Positions 1 to 9,604 of a DNA stretch of 54,964 nucleotides are shown here, piece by piece. This stretch comes from Arthrobacter sp. (GTDB taxonomy: Bacteria; Actinomycetota; Actinomycetes; Actinomycetales; Micrococcaceae), in the NCBI GenBank assembly GCA_036566705.1, contig DATCVX010000098.1:1-54964 (forward strand), in the 5' to 3' direction. A program made the translations under genes and the position numbers. The notes beneath the pieces are model-generated. The model had not been told where the DNA came from. It made no database searches and saw only the letters and a list, made by a program, of their open reading frames with translations. Numbering within the stretch: position 1 is the first letter of the stretch; every line of letters starts with the position of its first letter.

Positions 1-1047
1 GGCGCAGGCAGCGGCCAGGCCCGCGTGTCGGTGGCCGGAGGAACGGCCACCGAACTTGGGAAGAAGGTCACCACGCAGCTCGAGGCGGACGGGCTTCGGG
101 TCACGTCGGGCCAGCCGGAGACAGTGCGCGCTGAGCTGAGCCGTGGGAGGACCGACGTCGGGATTTTCATCAGCGACTCCGCGGCGGCCGCATTCGAAGA
201 CGGCCAACCGGCCAATCTCGAAGTGGTGGTGTCAGCGCAATCGGGTGCACAGGCGGCGCTGCAATCCGTGCGCGCGTCGGTGCAGGCCGTCGACACCGAA
301 CAACGCCAGCTTGCTGCCCTCAGGGACGCGGGTGTCAGCCGGAACGAGGCAGTGGCGGCACTGGACCAGGCGCGAAGCACGGCACAGCCGGTGCGCCTGG
401 AGATCGTGGACACCAACAACGTGGCCCAGGAGTTCACGGGACTGGGCCAGTTCGATCTGGGGGCCGCCCAGCAGCTGCTGTTGTTCGTCTTCCTGAGTTC
501 CCTCACCGGGGCAGCAACGCTGATCCAGGCCCGGCGTCTGGGGGTCATCTCCCGGATGATGTCAGCTCCGGTCACCAGCTGGGAGGCCATCGCCGGGCAG
601 GCGCTCGGGCGCTTTGGCATTGCGGTGGTCCAAGGCGCCTACATCATGGTCGGCACAGCCTTGCTGTTCGGCGTCAGCTGGGGGAATCCGCTCCTGGCCG
701 GCCTCATCATGGCCGTCTTCGCCGCCGTCGCCGCGGCCGCCGCCATGGTGGTCGGCTCAGTTTTTGACAACGACGCCGTATCCTCCGGCGTCGGGGTGGG
801 CCTGGGCCTGGTGCTGGCCGGGCTGGGAGGCTCCATGGTGCCGCCGGAGTTCTTTTCTGAAACCCTTCAGGCTGTCTCCCGTGCCACCCCGCACCGCTGG
901 GCCTACGACGCCTTTGCCGAGATCCAGCGGCACGACGGCGGGCTGGCAAACATCCTGCCCCAGCTTGGTGTCCTCGCGGCCATGGCCGCGGCGCTGCTGG
1001 CGCTGGGCGCGGTGCTACTTCAACGGAGCCTCAACCGCGCGCTGTAG
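1..1047 (+). CDS. ABC-2 type transporter permease (5'-truncated by window edge)
   Basis: Frame is open from base 1; multiple TM helices; 'RRLGVISRMMSAP', 'LGGSMVPPEFF' and 'TPHRWA' are typical of ABC-2 permeases. Confidence 0.85.
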   Translation, partial: GAGSGQARVSVAGGTATELGKKVTTQLEADGLRVTSGQPETVRAELSRGRTDVGIFISDSAAAAFEDGQPANLEVVVSAQSGAQAALQSVRASVQAVDTEQRQLAALRDAGVSRNEAVAALDQARSTAQPVRLEIVDTNNVAQEFTGLGQFDLGAAQQLLLFVFLSSLTGAATLIQARRLGVISRMMSAPVTSWEAIAGQALGRFGIAVVQGAYIMVGTALLFGVSWGNPLLAGLIMAVFAAVAAAAAMVVGSVFDNDAVSSGVGVGLGLVLAGLGGSMVPPEFFSETLQAVSRATPHRWAYDAFAEIQRHDGGLANILPQLGVLAAMAAALLALGAVLLQRSLNRAL

Positions 1048-2641
1048 GATCCGACGGCGGGGCGGGAGCGTCCGGCGGAAGGGGACCGTCCGGCGGGGCT
1101 GCCGGGCGTGCCGTTGTGGCGCCGCCAGCACCTGGATAATGCCCGTGGGGTTCCCCGGCGCCCTGGTCCAGCCGGAACGGCGGGTATTCATCGCGCATCA
1201 GGGCGGTGTAAGTGATGACCCGGTAGATCCAGCGGTTGAAGCCCAGCAGCAGGTCGAACAGGGGGCGCTGGTAACGGCCGCTGAACAGCAGGATCACTCC
1301 TGCGATAAAGACCAGGAAGCCGAACAGCGAGAACCCTGTACCGGACTCGTACCTGATTCCCGGGGTTTGGGGGTCTGTCCAGCGCACCGCGTTGGTACCG
1401 GTGAGCGCGCCAATGATGATCAGGTGCGGCAGAGCCAGCAGCCACCACTTAACGAGCACGAGTCCGCGGGAAAGCCGCTCCGGGTAGTCGACCTCGAAAT
1501 CCGCCGGGTAGTCCGTCCTGGCCAAGGTAAACGGCGGGTACTTGTCCGTTCCCAGTGCACCGTAGGCGTAGAACGCCACCCGCCAGGTCCAGCGCAGGAC
1601 TCCCACGTTGAAATCGAACAGCGAACGGGGAAAGCGGCCGGTGAAGAGGATGGCGAACCCGGCAATGACGGTGACGACAAGGAAGGCAAACCAGAGGAAG
1701 AACAGCACAACAAAGTGCGGAATGGCAAGGAACCATTTCACCAGCCACAGCCCCCTCGAGAGCACGGGGTCCAACTCACCCCACAGCCGTGCGGGGTACG
1801 GCGCCCTCTCCCCGGCGTGCGGGGATGCGGGCGGCTGGACGGCCGGACCTTGATATGCCGCGGGTGCTGCGGCCCCGGGCATTGGCGGTGCCTGCACCGA
1901 GGCCGGCCCCTGCATTGCAACGGGTGCGGGCGGCGGCGGGACGGGTCCCCGCGGAGCCGCCGCGGGTGCGTGCCTGCCCAGTCCCTGGGCGCCGAAGATC
2001 AGCAGCGGCACCCCGAGAACCAGCAGAATGGCTCCCGCTGCCAGCAGGCCGGTGGCTATCGGGCCAAAAAGCTCAGACCGGAACCCGGCCTTCAGGTCGG
2101 CCCGGATCTCGGGGCTGGCATCGGCATTCATGACGACGACAGACCAGTTTCCCGACTGAATGTTCCAGTCCAGCTCCTGCTCACCGGCGCCTGTTGCGGA
2201 CGCCACCCAGAAGTCCTGCTCCGACGGAGGCGGAGGTTGTTGTGTTCCCTGGGTTTCCCGGTACTCAACATGGAAGGGCCGGAAGCTGACGTCCAGCAGT
2301 TCGGAGTAGTTGGCCCCGGAGAGGTAGCGTTCCACGTCGGACCGCGGGGCTATGCCGACAAAGATGTCCTTGCCCGGGCTGGCGGATTCCGCCCAGACCC
2401 GGATGCTGCCCACGTCAAAGGGCAAAGGCCCGGGGTAGGTGTCCCCACGCATGTTGTCCGGCCCAGCGGAGATGATCGCTGAAGAATCAACGTCGAACCG
2501 CTCACTCGGCGAGGTGAGGTAGCCGCCGTCGTTCTGAACTGAGTTCACCCAGGAGGCACCTATGCCGCCGAAGAGCAACCCAATGCCCAGCATCGAGAAC
2601 AGGATGCCGAGGATAAGCATGGTGATGGAACGGGCCCGCAT
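1031..2641 (-). CDS. DUF4389 domain membrane protein (two repeats, Pro/Ala-rich linker)
   Basis: Two 'LSRGL.LVKW.LA.PH ... YPPF.L' repeats; start set at ATG 2641 (MRARSITM) after GGAGG; 3' end overlaps the convergent permease by 17 bp. Confidence 0.8.
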   Translation of the reverse strand: MRARSITMLILGILFSMLGIGLLFGGIGASWVNSVQNDGGYLTSPSERFDVDSSAIISAGPDNMRGDTYPGPLPFDVGSIRVWAESASPGKDIFVGIAPRSDVERYLSGANYSELLDVSFRPFHVEYRETQGTQQPPPPSEQDFWVASATGAGEQELDWNIQSGNWSVVVMNADASPEIRADLKAGFRSELFGPIATGLLAAGAILLVLGVPLLIFGAQGLGRHAPAAAPRGPVPPPPAPVAMQGPASVQAPPMPGAAAPAAYQGPAVQPPASPHAGERAPYPARLWGELDPVLSRGLWLVKWFLAIPHFVVLFFLWFAFLVVTVIAGFAILFTGRFPRSLFDFNVGVLRWTWRVAFYAYGALGTDKYPPFTLARTDYPADFEVDYPERLSRGLVLVKWWLLALPHLIIIGALTGTNAVRWTDPQTPGIRYESGTGFSLFGFLVFIAGVILLFSGRYQRPLFDLLLGFNRWIYRVITYTALMRDEYPPFRLDQGAGEPHGHYPGAGGATTARPAAPPDGPLPPDAPAPPSDPTARG

Positions 2642-2749
2642 GGAAGTCCTCCCGCTGTTGATATCCCGGTTGTTGTAACCCGGTTTTGGCCGCCAGCCAC
2701 CGCTGCGTCTGGTTCCCTCCAGAGTCCGCCTCCGGGGCCGGGGCCGGTA

Positions 2750-2763
2750 GGGCCATAGGTCAC
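2750..2763. promoter_or_regulatory. DosR-box-like site GGGCCATAGGTCAC
   Basis: Resembles the mycobacterial DosR core GGGACTWWAGTCCC; lies between divergent DUF4389 and SHOCT-MCO genes. Confidence 0.55.
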
Positions 2764-2856
2764 TGCGGGCCGGGGCCAGGACCTCGGACTCTATCGCTCG
2801 GCCAACGGCACGCGAAGAATCGGAGTACCAACTCTTGGGAGCGGAAGGCACCGGGC

Positions 2857-3129
2857 ATGATGTGGGGTTTTGGACAAGGCATGGGGTGGATGTGGCTCTG
2901 GGGCACCCTGCTGTTCATCGGGATCGCGCTCCTGGTGCTGCTGGCTGCCAGACTCGCGGGGGGCGGCATCCGTGGCGGTCACGGAACGGGAAACCCGGAT
3001 AGGCCGGGCGATCCGCCGCCCATGGGAGGAAGCAGGGCCCGCCAGATCCTCGATGAACGCTTCGCGAGAGGTGAGCTGACCGCGGACCAGTACCGCGAAC
3101 ACCTCAAGGTTCTCGATGAGGGCCGGTAG
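2857..3129 (+). CDS. SHOCT domain membrane protein
   Basis: Met/Gly/Trp-rich N-terminus, one TM helix, C-terminal 'ARQILDERFARGELTADQYREHLKVL'; start set at ATG 2857. Confidence 0.85.
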   Translation: MMWGFGQGMGWMWLWGTLLFIGIALLVLLAARLAGGGIRGGHGTGNPDRPGDPPPMGGSRARQILDERFARGELTADQYREHLKVLDEGR

Positions 3130-4601
3130 TGCAGCCCATCAGCCGCCGCCACGCGCTGCTTCTGGGCGGGCTTGGGGTCGCCGGGACGGTGGCCGGCGGG
3201 GCCGGGCTGTTCTGGACCCTGATCTCTCCGCCCGTCCGGGTCAGCGGAGGCGAGCTGACCCAGCCCCGGGAGGTACGGAGCGCCGACGGGCAGCTGCAGG
3301 TCCGGCTCGAAGCTGCCCCTGGACAGATACTGCTGGCCGGCCGCCAGGCCGCCGCGCTCGGCTATGAGGGCAGCATCCCGGGCCCGACGCTTCGCCTGCG
3401 CGCCGGCGACGTCCTGAAGATCAGGCTCGTCAATAACCTGGCCCAGGCCACCAACCTGCACGTGCACGGCCTCCATGTTTCCCCCGAGGGCAACGGGGAC
3501 AATGTCTTCGTCTCCGTGGAACCCGGCAGTAGCTTCGACTACGTCTACAGACTTCCCAGGGATCATCCGCCAGGCGTGTACTGGTACCACCCCCACCATC
3601 ACGGCATCGTCGCCGATCAGATCTTCGCCGGCCTCTTCGGAGCGATCATCGTCGAGGATCCCGAGCTCGTCGAGGCGAGCGCGGAGCGGATGCTGGTCGT
3701 GTCGGACACCACCCTGGACGGGCTGGGGAGCATCCCGGCGGTCCCGGCGATGGAACGGATGATGGGCCGGGAGGGTGAACTGCTCCTTCTCAACGGTCAA
3801 AGCAACCCGCACTTCAGCGCCCGCCCCGGGCAACGGGAAAGGTGGCGCATAGTCAATGCTTGTGTGGCCCGCTATCTCCGGCTCCGGCTCGACGGACAGC
3901 AACTGCAGCTCCTCGGCGTGGACTCCGGCCGCTTCCCAACACCGGAAACAGTTGAGGAACTACTGCTCACGCCGGGTAACCGCGCAGATCTCCTCGTGAC
4001 GACAGCACCCGGCGACTCCGTCCTGCGCGCGTTCTACCAGGACCGGGGAACCATGCCAGGAATGATGGGCCCCGGCTTCGGGGCGCGGAGCCCTGCGGAG
4101 GAGCCGGGCGGCGCCGGACTGGCAACGCTCCGCGTCTCGGGCGAACCGGTTGCACCCCCAGCTGCCGTTCCCGCCCAGCAAGGACTCGGAGACCTGCGGT
4201 CATCCCCCATCGCGGCACGCCGACAAATAGTCCTGGCCGCCGGCATGGGCATGGGCATGGGCGGAGGCGCCGGCATGATGCGTTTCACCATCAACGGCAG
4301 GGAATTCAACGAGGCCAGGACAGACACAAGGGTCGCGGCCGGGACCTTTGAGGAATGGACACTGACCAACACCAGCCCCATGAATCACCCGTTCCACCTG
4401 CACGTCTGGCCGATGCAGATCATCGAGGAAAACGGCCGAGTCAAGCAGGCCGCCATCTGGCAGGACGTAGTAAACGTCCCGGCCAACGGGAGTGTAAAGG
4501 TCAGGGTGGCCTTCAGGGATTTCCGCGGACGGTCCGTCTACCACTGCCACATCCTTGACCACGAAGACCTTGGCATGATGGGCGTCATCGAAGTGCGGTA
4601 A
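3129..4601 (+). CDS. Multicopper oxidase (Tat-exported, CueO/laccase-like)
   Basis: Tat motif SRRHALL; Cu motifs HVHG, WYHPH, HPFHLH, HCHILDHEDLGMM; Met-rich insert AGMGMGMGGGAGMM. Confidence 0.93.
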   Translation: MQPISRRHALLLGGLGVAGTVAGGAGLFWTLISPPVRVSGGELTQPREVRSADGQLQVRLEAAPGQILLAGRQAAALGYEGSIPGPTLRLRAGDVLKIRLVNNLAQATNLHVHGLHVSPEGNGDNVFVSVEPGSSFDYVYRLPRDHPPGVYWYHPHHHGIVADQIFAGLFGAIIVEDPELVEASAERMLVVSDTTLDGLGSIPAVPAMERMMGREGELLLLNGQSNPHFSARPGQRERWRIVNACVARYLRLRLDGQQLQLLGVDSGRFPTPETVEELLLTPGNRADLLVTTAPGDSVLRAFYQDRGTMPGMMGPGFGARSPAEEPGGAGLATLRVSGEPVAPPAAVPAQQGLGDLRSSPIAARRQIVLAAGMGMGMGGGAGMMRFTINGREFNEARTDTRVAAGTFEEWTLTNTSPMNHPFHLHVWPMQIIEENGRVKQAAIWQDVVNVPANGSVKVRVAFRDFRGRSVYHCHILDHEDLGMMGVIEVR

Positions 4602-4682
4602 AGAGGCAGCGGGCCCCGGACTCCGGCCCGGCGCAGATAATGGTTGCCTCCCTAAGGACCTGCCCAATCCGGGCCTCCCTCC

Positions 4683-4696
4683 GGGGCTTTCGTCCC
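4683..4696. promoter_or_regulatory. DosR-box-like site GGGGCTTTCGTCCC
   Basis: 12/14 match to GGGACTTTAGTCCC, upstream of the NADP oxidoreductase. Confidence 0.7.
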
Positions 4697-4784
4697 TGTT
4701 GCCCGAACCGACTAACAATGTCTACTGGATGGACAAGCAGATCGCGGCTTACCCGGCTGCGGGTTTATCCAGTAAGGGAAGATC

Positions 4785-5426
4785 ATGACCAACATCACCA
4801 TTCTCGGCAGCGGGCACATGGCCCGCGCACTCGCCACGGCGATGCTGCGAGGGAACAACCCGGTGCAGATTCTGGGCCGTGACGGCTCCAAAACCCGGAA
4901 CCTGGTGGAAAGCCTTGGACCCGGTGCGACGGGAGGCGTCGTGGGGGCCGCCATCACAGGAGCAATAGTCTTCCTGGCCATCCCGCACAAGGAAGTACAT
5001 AACGCGATCCTGGAAGCCGGCGACTCCCTTGACGGACGGGTCGTCGTGGATATCAGCAACACCGTGGACGTCTCGAATTTCGATCGGCTGACAACGGAGG
5101 CCGGCACGTCCGCAGCCGAAGAAACAGCCCGCCTGTTGAACGGACGCGCGGATGTGGTGAAAGCGTTCAACACCACGTTCCCCACCACCTTGGAGGCGGG
5201 AAAGGTCGGCGGGCAGCATCTGGACGTTTTCATCGCCGGCGACTCGGAGCAAGCCAAGGAGAAAGTCAGCGCCGTGGCAGCGGCCGCAGGACTCCGGCCC
5301 ATTGACGTTGGGCCGCTGCGGCGTTCGCGCGAACTTGAGGCCTTCATGCTGATTGTGACGGGCCTGCAGGTCAGCCCTGAGCATGAACACTTCAACTGGG
5401 ACACCGCGCTCAGGATTTTTCCTTAG
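4785..5426 (+). CDS. NADPH-dependent F420 reductase / NADP oxidoreductase family protein
   Basis: Rossmann 'ILGSGHMA', 'VVDISN', 'VVKAFNT', 'DVGPL..SRELEA'. Confidence 0.85.
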   Translation: MTNITILGSGHMARALATAMLRGNNPVQILGRDGSKTRNLVESLGPGATGGVVGAAITGAIVFLAIPHKEVHNAILEAGDSLDGRVVVDISNTVDVSNFDRLTTEAGTSAAEETARLLNGRADVVKAFNTTFPTTLEAGKVGGQHLDVFIAGDSEQAKEKVSAVAAAAGLRPIDVGPLRRSRELEAFMLIVTGLQVSPEHEHFNWDTALRIFP

Positions 5427-5475
5427 GACAGGTGCCTGAGTATCCCGGGCACTTACCTGGTGTGCGGCACGCAAA

Positions 5476-6861
5476 TCAGTGCGGATGTTTCAGCGATACC
5501 GCTTCAAGGTGCTCAGGAACCCGGACGTTCCAGCCCAGTTCGCGCCTCACCCTTAGCCGCAATGCGTCAGACGCGTCCGGCTCACCGTGGGTAATGTAGG
5601 TCATGCGGGGAGCCCGAGGCGCTGCGCGCATCCACTCGATGATTTCGTTGGAATCCGCATGCGCCGACAGGCTGTCCATAACCACGACCTCGGCCTTGAT
5701 GGGAACGTCCTGGCCGAAGATCCGCAACTGCCTCGCACCGCCCGCCAGGGTTGCACCGCGTGTTCCTGCGGCCTGGTATCCGCTAAGCACGACCACGTTT
5801 CTTGGGTCGGGCCCGTAAGCCTGCAGATGGTGCAGGATACGGCCGCCTGTGAGCATGCCGCTCGCCGAAATGATGACCATGGGCCCGCCGCGCAGGTTCA
5901 GCAGTTTGGAATCATCGACGCTCCTGGTCATGCGGGCCACCCGGTACATTTCGGTGTATTCGCGTTCCTTCAGCCGATGCTCTTCGGGGTGCCGCTGGTA
6001 CATGCCTGAACCGTCGATGGCCATCGGGCTGTTGAGGTAAATGGGTATGTCCGGAATCGCCCCCCGCCGCCGGAGGCGAGACAGATGCAGCATCAGCGTC
6101 TCTGCCCTCCCCACCGCGAAGGCGGCAATGAGGACAACCCCTCCCCGCTTGGCTGCCCTTACGATAACTTCGCCTAACTCGTCCTCCGGATCCGTCGCCG
6201 GGTGGGACCGGTTGCCGTACGTGGACTCGGCCACAAGGACGTCAGTGGCTCCAAGCGCCCGCGGGCGATGCATCAAAGGATCAGCGGGCCTGCCGAGGTC
6301 CCCTGTAAAGTGCACGTGCACGCCCTGCACGGTCATTCGAATTTGCGAGGCACCAAGGATGTGCCCCGCTGGCACGAAGGTGGCTTGGATGTCGCCGCCA
6401 AGATCAAGAGGGGTATCAAAATCGTGCCCGTCGAAGCTGTTCAAGGACCGCACCGCGTCGGCAGCTGTGTAGACGGGGAGAGGCGGACGATGGGAAGAAT
6501 AGTCGTGCAGGTCTGCGTAGCGCGCTTCTTCCTCCTGGAGGTGTCCGCTGTCGGGAAGGAGGAGCGTGCACAATTCCATTGTCGACTCAGTTGCGTGGAC
6601 CCGCCCACGGAAGCCGTCCCTGACCAAAGCCGGGACATAGCCGCTATGGTCCAGATGGGCGTGGGTCAGCAATACAGCGTCGATGGACGCTGGGGGCACC
6701 GGAAAAGGCGTGCGGTTTCGGACCCGGATGCGTTTGAATCCCTGGAACAGCCCGCAGTCGACGAGGATACGTTGCCCACCCGAATCCACCAGGTACCGGG
6801 ACCCTGTGACCGTGTCGGTGGCCCCAAGGAATCGGAGGGTGGCCTCGTTCTTGTCCTTCAT
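5476..6861 (-). CDS. MBL-fold beta-CASP metallo-hydrolase (RNA-processing type)
   Basis: 'THAHLDHSG', 'AGHILG', 'FTGDLG', 'ESTYG', 'LSAHAD', 'THGE' motifs. Confidence 0.9.
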   Translation of the reverse strand: MKDKNEATLRFLGATDTVTGSRYLVDSGGQRILVDCGLFQGFKRIRVRNRTPFPVPPASIDAVLLTHAHLDHSGYVPALVRDGFRGRVHATESTMELCTLLLPDSGHLQEEEARYADLHDYSSHRPPLPVYTAADAVRSLNSFDGHDFDTPLDLGGDIQATFVPAGHILGASQIRMTVQGVHVHFTGDLGRPADPLMHRPRALGATDVLVAESTYGNRSHPATDPEDELGEVIVRAAKRGGVVLIAAFAVGRAETLMLHLSRLRRRGAIPDIPIYLNSPMAIDGSGMYQRHPEEHRLKEREYTEMYRVARMTRSVDDSKLLNLRGGPMVIISASGMLTGGRILHHLQAYGPDPRNVVVLSGYQAAGTRGATLAGGARQLRIFGQDVPIKAEVVVMDSLSAHADSNEIIEWMRAAPRAPRMTYITHGEPDASDALRLRVRRELGWNVRVPEHLEAVSLKHPH

Positions 6862-6947
6862 TCCTGCCCTTTTCCGAGAATGCCAATGGAGTCAGCGGGC
6901 CGGTTGCCGCTGTAGCATACCTTCTGCCCGTTCCGGCGGCATGGGTA

Positions 6948-6997
6948 GGGCCATTGGTCATAACCTCCGGCCTGACTCCGTTTGGGTCCTTGGACCC
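6948..6997. promoter_or_regulatory. Two DosR-box-like sites (GGGCCATTGGTCAT 6948-6961; GGGTCC-TT-GGACCC 6984-6997)
   Basis: Divergent region between the MBL gene and devR; the second site has perfect 6-bp inverted arms. Confidence 0.65.
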
Positions 6998-7049
6998 TTG
7001 TGGCAGCGTCGCCGTTCATAAAGAATGGTCAGGCGCAGAAGGGACCGCG

Positions 7050-7727
7050 ATGAATACCTCGACGGCATCGGAGCCAGGGACTGAACCATCCAAGGACGCT
7101 ATCCGGGTGTTCATCCTTGATGACCACGAACTCGTGCGGCGGGGCCTGCAGGATCTCCTGGAAAGCGAAGGATTCACTGTTGTGGGCATGTCCGGCTCTG
7201 CTGCTGAAGCGGCACGCCGGATTCCGGCGCTGCGACCGGACGTGGCAATACTTGACGCCCGCTTGCCGGACGGGACGGGCATCGAAGTATGCCGGGATGT
7301 GCACTCAGTGGATGGCACCATCAATTGCCTGATCCTCACCAGTTACGACGACGAGCAGGCGCTGCGGGGGGCAGTGCTTGCCGGGGCTTCCGGGTACGTT
7401 CTTAAGGAAATAGGTGGCACAGACCTGGTCGGTGCCCTGCGCCGCGCCGCTAAAGGGGAGTCCCTGTTTGACTCAGACCTGAAGGCCAGGATCATTCAGG
7501 GACTGGCCGAACCAGAGCACGTGGACCCCCGCGTGGCGTCGTTGACCCGGCAGGAGCGCAGGGTGCTGGAGCTTGTCGGCGAAGGGCTGACAAACCGGCA
7601 GATCGGCGAACGTATGCTTCTGGCGGAAAAGACCGTCAAAAACTACGTCTCATCCTTGCTTGCGAAGCTGGGTTTCGAACGGCGGACGCAGGCGGCAGTG
7701 CATGTGGCGCAACACCATGACCACTGA
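7050..7727 (+). CDS. devR: DosR/DevR-like NarL/LuxR response regulator
   Basis: 'VFILDDHELVRRGL', 'DARLPDGTG', 'LILTSYDDEQA', HTH 'GLTNRQIGERMLLAEKTVKNYVSSLLAKLGFERRTQAA' closely follow Mtb DevR; SD before ATG 7050. Confidence 0.9.
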   Translation: MNTSTASEPGTEPSKDAIRVFILDDHELVRRGLQDLLESEGFTVVGMSGSAAEAARRIPALRPDVAILDARLPDGTGIEVCRDVHSVDGTINCLILTSYDDEQALRGAVLAGASGYVLKEIGGTDLVGALRRAAKGESLFDSDLKARIIQGLAEPEHVDPRVASLTRQERRVLELVGEGLTNRQIGERMLLAEKTVKNYVSSLLAKLGFERRTQAAVHVAQHHDH

Positions 7728-7730
7728 TTC

Positions 7731-9449
7731 CTAGAACACCGGAGCCGTCCAGGTCAGTGCTGTCCCCGTGTCGGGCGAACTTGAGACCTCGAAAGTTCCG
7801 CCCAGCGACGTAGCCCTGTGCTGCATGTTCGTCAGTCCATTGCCAGGCGGCGGCACCGTGAACCCTGTGCCGTTGTCCTGGATCATGATGCGGACAAATC
7901 CGTTATCCACGGAAACGGACACCCGGATCGAGTCCGCTCCCGAGTGCCGCACACAGTTGCTCAGCCCCTCACTGATCACTGCGAGGATGTTCAGCACCGT
8001 TTCCTCGTCCCGGATCGCATCGAGTGGACCCGTCAGGGTCAGGAGGGGAACGAACGGCAGGGATTGCGTGCCGGTTCGGACGGCCTGGAGGACACGGCTG
8101 CTCAGGAGTTCCCGCTCCCGGGCGGAGTCACTGAGCGAATAGATGGTGTTGCGTAGCTCCCGGATGGTCTCGTCCAGTTCCGCGGTCACATTCTGGATGG
8201 TTCTGGCCGCCGAGTCCCCCGTCATGTACCGCCGCAGGCTCTGGATGCTGAGTCCTGCGGCGAACAGGCGCTGGATGACCAGGTCATGCAGGTCACGGGC
8301 GATCCGGTCCCGGTCGGCGAACACGGCCAGTTGCTCGCGCATCCGATGTGCACGCGCCAGTTCAAGGGCCAGCGCAATGTGCGACCCGAACACGGGGCCC
8401 ATTTCCATGTCCGTCGCACTGAATGTCCCGGCTACCCGCTCACGCTGAAGCACAAGAAGGCCGTGGTGGGTGCCGCGGGCGCTGAGGTCGATGACCAAGA
8501 GCCGGCCCTCAGCCAGACCCTCACTGCCGCCCAGGGCAGACGCAGCGTCTTCGATCAGGACGGGCCGGCCCGTCGCGACAACACTGTTGATTTCAGCCGA
8601 GTCGAATGACAACAGGCGTCCCACCCAGTCGGGAGCGGCGTTGCCTGCAGCTCCGGCGACGCGGAACAGGTTGGAGGGATCCTCCCTGACGAGGATGAGG
8701 GCGACGGCGGAACTGGATTCCCGGAGCGCCCTGGCGGCGATCATGTCCAAGCCCCCCTCCTGGCCGTCCGGTGTCTCCTCATCGACCATCATCCTGCCGG
8801 TCACATCCATGCAGGCCTGCAGCCAGGCGGTTCTGCGCCGGGCCTCTTCGTAGAGCCTGGCGTTTTCGATCGCGACGCCGGCGGCTGCCGCAAGTGCCTC
8901 GGCCAGGTTCTCGTCCTGGTCCGTGAAGTCGCCACCGCCCTTTTTCTGGGTCAGGTATAGGTTCCCGAACACCACCTCCCTCACCCGGATCGGCACGCCA
9001 AGGAACGATTTCATGGGCGGATGGTTTGCGGGGAACCCGTAGGCATCCGGATGCTGGCTCAAATCGTGCAGCCGCAGCGGCTTGGGATCACGGATCAACA
9101 GTCCGAGCACTCCGTGTCCCGTGGGAAGCGGTCCAATCTTGCTGGCCAGTTCGTCATCGATTCCCACGGTGATGAAGTGGCTCAGGGCGCGGTCGCTTCC
9201 GATGACCCCCAACGCCCCGCACTCGGCCTGGAGGAGTTGGCAGGCCGAGCTCACCACCCTGTGCAGTACGGCCTCCAGGCTCAGGTCCTCAGCCAGTGCA
9301 ACAACGGCGTTCAGGAGCCCTTGCATCCGCTGTTGGGCGTCCACCAGCTCTTCCGCACGGTCAACGAAGTCGGTAAGAAGCTCGTCCATATGGGAGCCGG
9401 GGACAGGCCGCTGGGCACCCGTCCCGGCCGGTTGAGTGGGCTGGTTCAA
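7731..9449 (-). CDS. devS: DosS/DevS-like GAF-GAF histidine kinase (probable haem gas sensor)
   Basis: GAF-A 'GFPANHPPMKSFLGVPI...FGNLYLT' keeps the haem-ligand His context of DosS; H-box 'RIARDLHDLVIQRLFAAGL'; HATPase 'DNGTG'. Start uncertain (TTG 9449 with SD, or ATG 9389). Confidence 0.88.
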   Translation of the reverse strand: MNQPTQPAGTGAQRPVPGSHMDELLTDFVDRAEELVDAQQRMQGLLNAVVALAEDLSLEAVLHRVVSSACQLLQAECGALGVIGSDRALSHFITVGIDDELASKIGPLPTGHGVLGLLIRDPKPLRLHDLSQHPDAYGFPANHPPMKSFLGVPIRVREVVFGNLYLTQKKGGGDFTDQDENLAEALAAAAGVAIENARLYEEARRRTAWLQACMDVTGRMMVDEETPDGQEGGLDMIAARALRESSSAVALILVREDPSNLFRVAGAAGNAAPDWVGRLLSFDSAEINSVVATGRPVLIEDAASALGGSEGLAEGRLLVIDLSARGTHHGLLVLQRERVAGTFSATDMEMGPVFGSHIALALELARAHRMREQLAVFADRDRIARDLHDLVIQRLFAAGLSIQSLRRYMTGDSAARTIQNVTAELDETIRELRNTIYSLSDSARERELLSSRVLQAVRTGTQSLPFVPLLTLTGPLDAIRDEETVLNILAVISEGLSNCVRHSGADSIRVSVSVDNGFVRIMIQDNGTGFTVPPPGNGLTNMQHRATSLGGTFEVSSSPDTGTALTWTAPVF

Positions 9450-9554
9450 TGCAACCGCCTTTTTCGATGGACCACATCCATGTGGCCCGGTCTGCCGCTG
9501 CACAAAGACTACGCCCAATAAGGGACGATCATCTAGGTTTGTGGGTTTGACTAG

Positions 9555-9568
9555 GGGTCTTTGTGCCC
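9555..9568. promoter_or_regulatory. DosR-box-like site GGGTCTTTGTGCCC; -10 TATGAT at 9592-9597
   Basis: Between devS and the PNPOx-like gene; centred 43.5 nt upstream of ATG 9605. Confidence 0.6.
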
Positions 9569-9604
9569 TACATGGCAGCGCCAGTGCTCCGTATGATCGT
9601 GGCC

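Noticed and set aside
614-2482. Long ORFs antisense to real genes (also 19882-21063, 21662-23509, 28411-29502, 41698-42942, 52925-53896)
   Set aside because: Shadow frames typical of high-GC DNA, with no motifs, opposite well-supported genes.
4242-4262. GGCATG tandem repeat in the MCO gene, and Pro/Thr repeats at 31500-31680
   Set aside because: In-frame low-complexity coding linkers, not contingency loci.
9522-9535. Half-matches to the DosR box (GGGACGATCATCTA; also 2778-2791 and near 51261)
   Set aside because: Only one arm matches; too weak to count.
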